A stretch of DNA of 64,000 bases from contig KZ537976.1 of the NCBI GenBank assembly GCA_000934665.2, positions 124,001-188,000 of the forward strand, in the 5' to 3' direction. The position numbers and the translations under genes were made by a program. Below the pieces are notes generated by a model. It had not been told where the DNA came from. It saw only the letters and a program-made list of their open reading frames with translations, and did no database searches. Shown here one piece after another: positions 14,801-24,741 of the stretch. The DNA is from Catajapyx aquilonaris (Eukaryota). How positions within the stretch are numbered: position 1 is the stretch's first letter; each line of letters opens with the position of its first letter.

Positions 14801-17800
14801 ACTTCTGACTTCCAGGCATCTCTTTCGCTTCATCATGATGATGACCACTGGCCGGTAACGGTCCTTTCTGCTGACCCACTCCTTGGCCGCGTATGGGATG
14901 ACCTGCTCGTCCGGATGAAGGTTCCTGAAGGACATCTTGATCTTCTTCTCGAGCATTGTGGCCTCCTCTTTGCTCTTCCTTTTTTTCTTAATGGTGGTTA
15001 GAACCAAGGGCAGCATGATGGTCCCTAAAAAGGATGCAACAGTGCATAATTTCTCAACATAGTTACATATAAGGTGTATGCCCTATTCAGTGACTACATA
15101 TGATTTTTTTACGAGCGTAACCGAGTGCGCACCTACACTCGCGCAAGTCCATTGTTCCGATAACAGCGTTGCCACAGTGCTCAGGGGCGAAATTCACACC
15201 GGTAACCTATAAGGTTCGTTCCAGAGCCTTGGCAACGTCGCAAAAGTCGGCCATACGGTTACCCGCTCAAGCGTAGTGTTGGAAACAATTTACGCGAATT
15301 GTGTTGCGCACTCGGTTGCGCCGATAAAAAAATTCATCTTATTACTAACACTGTGATGCGCAGTGCAAGGATGGCCAAGAATTTTACCAGCGAGGGTGAG
15401 TCCTACGAAAAAAAAGGTCAGGATGTAAGGGATCTCTGACCCTGTGAAGTAGTCGTAAGTTCTCCGTGGGCTGCAATTTTCTACAGGCGCCTCTGCAGAA
15501 CCCAGTTGAGGGAAATGGAAGCAACTCACATCCCTGCAATTGAAGTGGATGGATATTACAGCAAACATTTGTTCATGGTGCTCTGACATGCTTGTTTACC
15601 AGTGCAAAATGCTAGATTGTGTGTAAGACTCGAGAAACTTACCCCACGATATTTCCGGTAATAAAATCTAACTGGCTGCATTGGCTTATCCGCAACGGGG
15701 GGTCCATGTTCTGGCAATTATCGTGGAGGTCACTTACTGTAAAGAAAACGAGCTAATTTTTTGTCATCATTTAAGTATTGAATCAATCTTACGATTTGTT
15801 GGTGCCAGGAATGGATCTGGCTGGATGTCGTTGAAGTCCATTCGCGTAACGGACATTATGACGTCGTAGATGGTCAGACGCTCTATTCTGCTTATTTCCT
15901 CGTTGGTGAAAAGACCGTTGTGCGTATTTCTATACCAGAACCGATCACCGTCTCTGATCCTCTGAAACTGGTCTATGATGATTTTTCGGAAGACCTGACC
16001 TGGTCGATACGTCGTTTCCAGTAGGCCTCCCACCCACAAGTCAATGTTGTCGGTCTTGCCGTCATAAGCACTCGACAGGTTCCTCAGCACCTGAAATGAC
16101 AAAGAAGCCAGCAGTTTGACCTTTGTACTCTTTGCCCTCATAAACTCACTTCATCTGGAACTAGACTCCCGGTCACTCTCTTGAAGTCCTCTGGTATCAA
16201 CGAATTGACTCTTTCGAGACCAAAAGACTCTCGGACTGTGTTGTAGTCCTGCAGACCGTGGTCTCTGGCTCGTTGTATGTTGATCGCCATCAGGTCTCGC
16301 CTGGAGAATTCCAGTGGTCCAAACACATTCCCTGGTAGGGTATCAAAGCGGTCAAGGCCATACAAGGTGCCACAGTATCACTACGAACCTCTCAAGTCCT
16401 CCACTATGACATTGTCTTCATTCTCCGCTATCTGAGTGGCCATTCCCATCAGGAGTCTGTCGATGTCCACTATCTCCTCTCCCTGTCCGTCCACCTTAGC
16501 CAAAAGCGGATCCTGCGGCCTCCAGTATATGTTGCATGTCCTGATTCCAGCGCTGCCGTGTCCGTTAGCAGGGGCTTCTCCAGGGTCAATGGTGTACGGC
16601 ATCGACTTGCATCCTTCTCGTCCGTACTTGCGTATGTACACTCCGGGAGGCACAAGGGTATGTCCGAACCTCATGGCCGCCGATTGAAACATCTGCTCGA
16701 TTTGCGGGTCCACCGATGGGTTGTAACCTGCTCAGAGAGACTTTGTCAGAGGAAATTGTACTAGGATATGCTGGCCTATATTACCTTTATAATCAGGCAA
16801 ATACTCCCCGATCCATCGAGGGAGCCAGGTGTTGAAGGTGATATGCTGCTGGGTTGCTATCACCCACTTTCGGGCCTCTAAGAAGACGCGTTCTCCGGAC
16901 CAATCTGGATGTTCATCTCGGAGGAATGATGCTATGTGGTTGTGCCAGCGGAACCACATGACGCCGAATGTTAGCAAAAATGCGTTTTCGTTGCCTCTAG
17001 GGTTGCCCAGCACTATAGACGGCAACGACATGTGTTACGGCGGATGTTACTACGGACTCCGTAACAAAACAACTTACTCCAGAATCGGTTTACAGGATGG
17101 ATGTGATGCACCTTCTCGAAGAACGAATGGTTGACCGGAGGAGGTGGATTGGCCATTGGAAGTCGAACCAGATTTTGCTCCGGGAACAGTCCGCCGTGAG
17201 AGTAGGCCAGCAAACCGTCTTTGTCTACTGTACCGTTCCTGTACGTCCTCAGAGTATCCGACCATGCCTTTGACGTGCCATACATCAACCCACCGTCCAT
17301 CCAGGGAGTGATTTCGTTCAGCTACGAATAAACGGTTAGTTTGTTCCGTGAGAAATATTAGTCACAAAATATGCCAGACCTGTTGCCTGGGATTGTTGGG
17401 TGAGAATCCAGTCCTCATGTCGTATCGGGTGCGCAGAAGGGGCATTTGGGTGTGGTGCGGATCTTCTCTGAAACGATGACCTTCCAGAATATCGATGTTG
17501 AAGTATTCAGGTGGACATCCGGCACCTTGGGCGTCCAGTATTTCTTCCACTGCCTGTTGACCTGCCATGTCACAACACTGCGTTACATTATTTTGTCTCC
17601 CAGAAATTGATATGCACGGATTGCATGCAATATATTGCGGCTTATTATCTCACCAAAGAAAACCAGGAGAGCTGTCTTCCCCGTCTTGGACCTGTTTCCT
17701 ATGTCTCCGGCCATCATCATATCACTCAGTGTGAATGGATTAGGCCTGGTGTCAATTGGCTCGTACACTCCGTCCTTGTAATTGGCTGGCAGACGTCTAA

Positions 17801-19059
17801 GCAGAGCAGTGTCTGAAATTGGTCAGTGTCGAAAAAAAAAAAATCGAAATTCAGTGGGACATGCACATTCCTATTGTATACCCGTTGTTACCGTTACTAT
17901 TTCTGGTGAAAATGATCTGGAATCTTTGGGAATCTTTTACTGACCGTACAACGTAGAGACTTTTATATTCATTAGTCTAGTTGATAGGAATAAGTGACAG
18001 CTTTAAACATTAATTTTAATACAGTCTGCTATCCATCAGAATATCCAGTGATTGTTTCATGCATTAGAACTGGCGTGATTAATGCATAATCCAAATATAA
18101 TTTTTGGATTATGCATTGAGGATAAGCTTAGGGCAATCAACAATGATTGTTTACTATTTTTCAGTTAATACAATATCCCCGCCTAAAACATGTCCTTCTG
18201 GCAACGCATAAATGCGAGGAAAAATTTGGCACCACTTCAGAGCGGTGTGCAAACATCTGCATAGTAAAATCGCACCTTTGTGAATTTGTGCAATTTCATA
18301 AAAAAAACGACAGCACACAATCTGAAAACCTTAATTAACAGATTTAAATTGACCGCAAAGTCGTGGTTTCACTGTACTGAGAGAAAGTTTTCCCTATCGC
18401 TAAGTGTCAGAAAAAATGTTTCTCCAACTCCTAGATGATCCAGAAAGAGCTTTCTGATAGTGGTACGCGGTACAACAGGAAAACGGACCTGATAATGATA
18501 ATCTTTGCCGGCAAAAGCAGACTATGGACGCCCCTTTTTTATGCAGGGTATGCTGCTAAGTCAAGTAAAATAATGGTCTACAAGAAGTACAATGGTTCAA
18601 ACAGAAGGGAAAGGATGGTATAAGACTGCAGAATTACTTCCACTTTTGACACTCTGACACAATCGAGATAAACCTACCGACTGATCCTAGCTCCGGATGA
18701 GCCGGATTGTTGTACCATCCATCGAACCCTTCGTACTCTGTGAATCGGTACTGGTAATCCGGGCATCCTACCAGGTTGCCTCTGGTGCATCCTTTTAGCA
18801 GCCATCTCAGAAGGCCTCTCTTTCCTCTGGGGTCGTTTCCAATACCAGCCCAATCGCGCGCAGGTGGTTTCTCACCTGTGTGCAGACAGTGCTGTTACAT
18901 AGGCCTGCATAAATATAATGGCCAGATTTATGATTTTATACCTCTGACTGGACGTTGAGGCGGTGGAGTCGGTGATGGTGGCGGTGGAGGAGGAGGTTCC
19001 TGCACCCAAACCAAGTGGGCAGTGCACAGAAGCACACCCAGTGACAGTAGCAGCCTCAT
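8868..19059 (-). CDS. Duox: Dual oxidase (signal peptide, peroxidase-homology domain, TM, EF-hands, ferric-reductase TM, FAD/NADPH domains), about 1666 aa, 23 exons
   Basis: Exons (minus strand, 5'->3'): 18942-19059, 18678-18875, 17654-17812, 17380-17561, 17078-17321, 16785-17012, 16389-16727, 16150-16331, 15793-16090, 15643-15736, 15388-15533, 14348-15024, 13893-14068, 13675-13771, 13422-13603, 13026-13252, 12724-12954, 10715-10808, 9987-10318, 9509-9897, 9293-9448, 9059-9187, 8868-8990. Total 5001 nt, in frame. Motifs: [42 protein letters not shown]-hand [49 protein letters not shown]. Confidence 0.96.
15100..15337. mobile_element. Degenerate MITE-like inverted-repeat element in a Duox intron
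   Basis: Left arm ATGATTTTTTTACGAGCGTAACCGAGTGCGCA is an imperfect reverse complement of right arm TGCGCACTCGGTTGCGCCGATAAAAAAATTCAT. Confidence 0.6.
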
Positions 19060-19772
19060 GCTTCTGGGCACATCAGACCAGAAGTACCATCCCGCAGTCG
19101 ATTGCTCGGTGCACAGACCGATTTGCTATTTTCGACACTTCTTGCCGGTGGTGGCCTATCAGCGGAAACGATGGTTTCCAGCCGTTGGTTGCTCGAAAAG
19201 AAAACCGCAGGCAGGAAAAGGGCGGCTGTGGCATATGTAGCCTGGTTTTCCTCCATGTGAATAAGGAAGACAAATGGAATCGGGGGAAATATTATTAGCC
19301 TGCAATACTTTGAAGAGAAAATTGTGGCCCCTAAGACACACTAGGATGAATCATGGTGCCTTTGCTCGTATAAATGGGCAATGTTTCAGAGAGAAAAAGA
19401 AGGGGCAAGTTTCTGCTTCGTTATCAACAACTACACCATCCTGTAAAAGTACAGTACATTTGGTTTACGTTTCATCCTTGCATGATGCAACCCACAATGC
19501 ACTGTGATATTTTTGTAGTATTGTCACAATCATGACAAGTGAGTGTGATCTTTCCAGAAGTGGGTGTAACTTTTTTTCCCCCTTCTTTGCCTTCAGTTGG
19601 ACTTGGGCAGTGTCGGCCACTTCCAGGGGTGTATATCAGGAGAGTGAACTTCCCTTCTGTGGTTTTGAGACAGGAAAACGGTGGTGGCTACGAGTAAATG
19701 TGATATTTTCCCCCCTCTCTATTAGGATGTGCGGGTGAGGCAGTTGAACTAGCGTGTACCGACCGCCTAGAG
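19060..19772. promoter_or_regulatory. Probable bidirectional promoter plus 5' UTRs of Duox and DuoxA
   Basis: Only 713 bp separate the divergent start codons (19059 minus, 19773 plus). Transcription start sites are not determinable from sequence. Confidence 0.7.
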
Positions 19773-21830
19773 ATGTCTTGGTTCGGTTTTCAGCGTAGCG
19801 AAGGGTACCCGACCCAATATGGCTCGAACAAGACCCCGGTCACAGTCGATGTCCTCATCGCAGGGTTCATATGCTCTTTCATCATCATCGCCATCAGCTC
19901 ATGCGTCCTGCTCTCTGGGTACCGCGGAAAGCAGGTACAGTACACATGCTTGGAAGGGTATATGACTTTGGAGTCTTAATTGGGCTGGTTCACATTGCAG
20001 GTGGTGTGGGTGTCGATTCGGATCTTCACCATACTGTTCCTGGGAGCCGTCATTATGGGTAATGTTAAATGGGTTCTGCTTATGTGTAATTAATTTTGCT
20101 AATTGGTATTGTACGCAGTGGACAATTTTGGGCAAAGCTGGGAGGTAGCAGAAGTGTCAGTTAATGACTTGCTGTACAAGGCTGGAAGCAACGAGACAAT
20201 CAATGCCACTGTCTCCATGAAGTTTGGCTTCCGTGCATTGAACATCACCCTGAAAGGTATGGTACCGGTACTTCTAATGGTACATGCAGTACATGAGCCA
20301 ACTCTTGCAGCTCACCCTGATCCACCAGGTGAGAAGATTGACTTCAACGAGCGCTTCTGGTGGACATGGGATCAAGGCAGGAATGGGTTTGGACCATACG
20401 GTGAGACTTATCTTTATTACCTATTTTGTGGGGCATGCTTACTTTAATTGTGGAAATATTTGCAGCTGGACAATACAACCAGGACTACAGGGCAGCGCAG
20501 AGGAAGGGCCTTCCATTGCCCATACTGTGGGTTGCGGAGTACTTGACATTTGATGGTGATGGCATCAGGTGGGGCAGGCACTACCGGTTAGCAGGCTGGT
20601 TTGCCCACATTGCTCAGTGGGTCGCCTTCCCTCTCTGGATCCTGACGACAATCCTGTTCTTCTCCGTCATCCAGTACGGAGCCTACTGCCTGACCATGAC
20701 CGGGGTGTGCATGGTCATTGCCAACCTCATATGGATGTCGGTGAGGAACTCAATGGAGTTGGCCATACCTCTCGAGAGCCTGGGGAACAGGAGCCACTCT
20801 GCAGAAGACATGCATGAGGAAGTGTTGAGGACCCACTTTGGAGGAAACTTCTGGCTCAACTTGATTGTTGGTGAGGGTGCTCATGTAGTGGCTCGCAGAT
20901 CTGTTTGAGCTTCATGTTCTTGTCGCTTGCAGGGATCTTATGCATCGTGCTGGGAGTGGTCGTCATCATCCTGAACCAATATTGCTCCAACGAGCTGGCA
21001 GACTTCTTTGGCATAGATCCACTGGCTGACTTTGAAGAGTACCACTACAGTATGTATCAGCTGATCAGGAATCAAAACAATTAGGAGTTATCACATAAAC
21101 CATAACAATGCATGAACTATGCTCTAGAGCTCAAATTAGGTTCCACATGCCAAAATATAACTACGTTTATAATATCAATGAATCAACATTCCTACACTGG
21201 TCAAGTCTAATGCATAATTGAATCACTTTTTATAAGAAGGGAACAAGTCCAACGTAAGGTTTTTGGACTTGTTCCCTTCTTATAAAAAGTGATTCAATTA
21301 TGTCAGTGTAACTGCAATGCAAGGTGTAGTGAATCAGCGTACCATCTTGTGCAGGTCCAGATGAACTGCAGAACAAACAAAACAAAAGGGGTGCTAAGAA
21401 AACAAGTGGAAATTATGAGGGGTTGAATGTCCAGAATGATGTGGAATTGGCAGTAGTTGGTGAAGATGGGGTGCCAGTACCAATACAACCGCAGCCACCA
21501 GAACCTCAGGTTGTATGCACACACATTCCATAAGACATGGCCACAGCTGACGCCCTTCCTCTTCATTAGGATATTGTTGTCTTCAAGAGGCGGACAACAA
21601 GTCGCTTTGGACATAACAAGATCCGTAAGCCCATAGCGCCACCGAGGCTGCGCCCAGGACTGCAGGTGCCTGACGAAGATCCTTTGTATGAAAACTTTCA
21701 AGGAGCCGCTGCGTAAGTTGCTATCAGAATGGCGGAGCTGACTGTTTGCTAAGTGTCACTACATTTCAGGGCTGATGATCAAGAAGTGCTGTATGGAAAC
21801 CTACAGCCACCTCCACGACCTCCTCGTTAG
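19773..21830 (+). CDS. DuoxA: Dual oxidase maturation factor (DUOXA / NIP / moladietz family), about 442 aa, 9 exons
   Basis: Exons 19773-19934, 20001-20058, 20119-20256, 20311-20400, 20466-20870, 20933-21049, 21355-21509, 21570-21712, 21770-21830 (TAG), with consistent phases. Family motifs: NITLK, IDFNERFWW, AQRKGLPLPILWVAEYLT, RWGRHYRLAGWF, HFGGNFWLNL, plus five hydrophobic segments. The last three exons (cytoplasmic tail) are less certain than the core. Confidence 0.92.
21213..21302. repeat. Perfect 40-bp inverted repeat with a 10-nt loop in DuoxA intron 6
   Basis: CATAATTGAATCACTTTTTATAAGAAGGGAACAAGTCCAA (21213-21252) and its exact reverse complement (21263-21302). Confidence 0.9.
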
Positions 21831-22066
21831 ACAGTGGCATCATTTTCCAGTCTACTTGCTTCGGACACTTACATCTCAGTCCACATGTAAGAGCGAGCTC
21901 ACAGGACATATACTGGCAGCATTTGCTTAGTTCCAAGTGGTGTCATTTGCCAATCAGCTCTTCTAATTTTACTGACAAGTTATTGCCAATGTCAATATAA
22001 AATGCATGGGACAGTATTGGGAAATGCCACCATTTTGAATGAAAGAAGCGTCACCAATATATGTCA

Positions 22067-22367
22067 TGTGAACCCACTTTAACTGTGTTTTACCTATTGC
22101 AGTTGGCGTATTTCCCAAAGTGTACGACCCACCTTGTATTGCCTTCGTCTCCTGTGTGCAATGTCNGTTATGATACATCAAAAAAAGTCTTACAATAGGT
22201 TACAATATTATGAAACGGACCGATCGGCCATGGGCCCCCCCCGAAAAAATTTCCTGCCTACGCCACTGTGTGAACCCACTTTAACTGTGTTTTACCTATT
22301 GCAGTTGGCGTATTTCCCAAAGTGTACGACCCACCTTGTATTGCCTTCGTCTCCTGTGTGCAATGTC
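22067..22367. repeat. Identical 99-bp direct duplication flanking a single N and a transposon-like end
   Basis: 22067-22165 equals 22269-22367, with an N at 22166. The intervening sequence ends in CCTACGCCACTG, which resembles a hAT-type terminal repeat (CAGTGGCGTAGG on the other strand). Confidence 0.8.
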
Positions 22368-24248
22368 TTGCAGTGTACACTCTTTTGATCATGTGTTTTT
22401 CAATTAACAATCTCTAACTCATCCAACCCTGTGTAATAAAGCTAACATCGTGTTTAATTCAATTACCAGCATGTACGCCATACGTTACATTATTCCTTGC
22501 TTCCTTTCCAAGATCACTAAAGTTTTCTCTCTACATATGGAAACAACACTGCTACCATCATCAGCGTGATCAGCAAACCACGTGGGGCTGCAAAGCATCA
22601 AATGCAAGATTAACCAATGTCCCACATTATGAAGGCAAGTCATTCTTCATGTTTCGATCCCTAAGATATGAAAGCAATTAATTGATGAGCTGCGCAGTGA
22701 TAGATCTACCAACACTTGTTGGTTGAAATGTTACTTCTGCAGTAATTGTTAAGTTTATTTAAGCCAAGCGAGTTGCAAATTTATGCTTGGCTTATGTGCT
22801 ACTAGAAGCACCAGTTTTGTAATGAACGATTCGTACACGCCGCATGGCGGAGCTTTTCCACTACATGAAGCATACATTTCCCAGCATAAGGAAAATGTGA
22901 AGCTAATGTCAATTGATCATCGTTAAAACTGCGGCACTTGCAACCTTCTTATGTGATTGGTTCAGAAAAATTGGGTTACGCTTCACTTCGATGCCATAAA
23001 ATTACTCGAGGGCAACAATATTTCCAAGCAATGCGGAAACCATATAGCGTGTAAAAGCAACCTCTCAAAATAGAGAACTGCATTTGTAGTATAATGTTCA
23101 CCTGGTCAACACCTTATCATGTCGATTCCGGTTAGCAAGTAGTGACGTGTGTGAGAAAAAGAAAAATGGTACAAGTGAATCAGATGCACTTTTATTATAT
23201 TCTCCTGTATTGTCTGCAACTCCACATTTTCTCCAAAAATAGCTCAAGCGACACAGGTTCCAAGCCTTTCACATAATGAAGCAGTCAAATAATAATCAAA
23301 AAAGCAGGCAGTCAGGCTTACCCATGTGGAAATGTAATAAGTAATGAATGAGGTACCAGTAAAATCATGTTCAGTCGCAGTGGAACTTTTAATGCAGGCT
23401 GTATTTTCTTCCAACGGTCCAATTGAAGTACATTGACCGATATAAATCCCTTCAGTTCTCCCACTTTAGCATCATGATTAAGTTACTGAGTTTTACATGA
23501 TGTGAGTTTGTGGAATGCTTGTAGTAGACATGATCTTAAGGAGTGGGAGCCAATCAGGTATCGCCACAAAAAGAATAAGTTTGAAATACAACAGTCTCCC
23601 TGACACCAAGATAAATTACAGCTAGCCATTGCTCAGTATTTGGCACATTTTAAAACGCACTTGTTATTTTATTCCACCTGTGAAATGCAACATCTATAGC
23701 ACATTGCCTATTAATTCGGGTTGAGGTGAGATGGAAGCGAACCTTGAGGAACCAACCCAAAAATTCCTTTTCATAATGTTGCAGAAAGTGTGTCCTGTCC
23801 GCAAAAAATGAAACACCATTGCCATTGTTACAAGTTTTTTTTTCTCTCTCTTTTCTCTGTCCTCTTATTTTACTTCGCCATGATTGCAAATGTACATCGA
23901 TCCAAGAGTCAGTCAAGTTGTGAAGATACACTGGGACCACAACAATCACCAAGATCACATTTGTACATTTAAAAAACAAAGGTGGGAGGGAGGAACAAAT
24001 GATAAAAGTCCTATCTGCCGCATCGCCACAGAAATGAACCAAAATCGACTTTTGTTCATAAAGGAACAAATTAAAAAAAAAAAAGGAAACTACCTAGCAG
24101 TACAAAAAGCGTACAAAACACTAATAATTATTACAATAATTATAATAAAGGAACAAAAAATTCGGGAGAAACCTGCAACCACTCTCTGCAACATTGCAAT
24201 GTTCTCTCGCACTCACCTCCCCCCCCCCCCCCCAACAAACAACCAAAA

Positions 24249-24404
24249 NNNNNNNNNNNNNNNNNNNNNNNNNNNNNNNNNNNNNNNNNNNNNNNNNNNN
24301 NNNNNNNNNNNNNNNNNNNNNNNNNNNNNNNNNNNNNNNNNNNNNNNNNNNNNNNNNNNNNNNNNNNNNNNNNNNNNNNNNNNNNNNNNNNNNNNNNNNN
24401 NNNN
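24249..24404. other. Assembly gap (N run); other gaps at 22166, 30023-30041 and 60235-60245
   Basis: Runs of n in the sequence; the longer ones lie next to poly-C or poly-G tracts. Confidence 0.99.
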
Positions 24405-24741
24405 TCCTAAACACTATTCCCGTAGCCACAGACCAGCAACAAAGTCATGTGTTCAATCTTTTTTCTTTTTTTTTTTTGGTTTTCTTCTCTCCGTTTTTTC
24501 AAATCCCAGCGCTACAACGGAAGGAATGTTTCGACAACCAGTGAAAGACTACACGAAATAACTTAAGTTCCGTCTTATTCCATATACAGAATGATTTTTA
24601 TCCATCTGTTTTAGGCTTGGGAAAGCCAAAAAAAAGAAGACCTTTTTCTTCTTGGAATACAGGGATTGCCTACCTATCTTCTCTCTCTCTCTCTCACAAC
24701 TCTTTCAATTGTTGTTTCTTTTATTTTCAGGTGGAGTTATG

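Noticed and set aside
18081..18117. 15-bp inverted repeat in Duox intron 2
   Set aside because: Short and AT-rich, with no TSD or other support for a function.
23884..24561. 225-aa ORF
   Set aside because: It stays open only because it runs through an N gap and low-complexity sequence.
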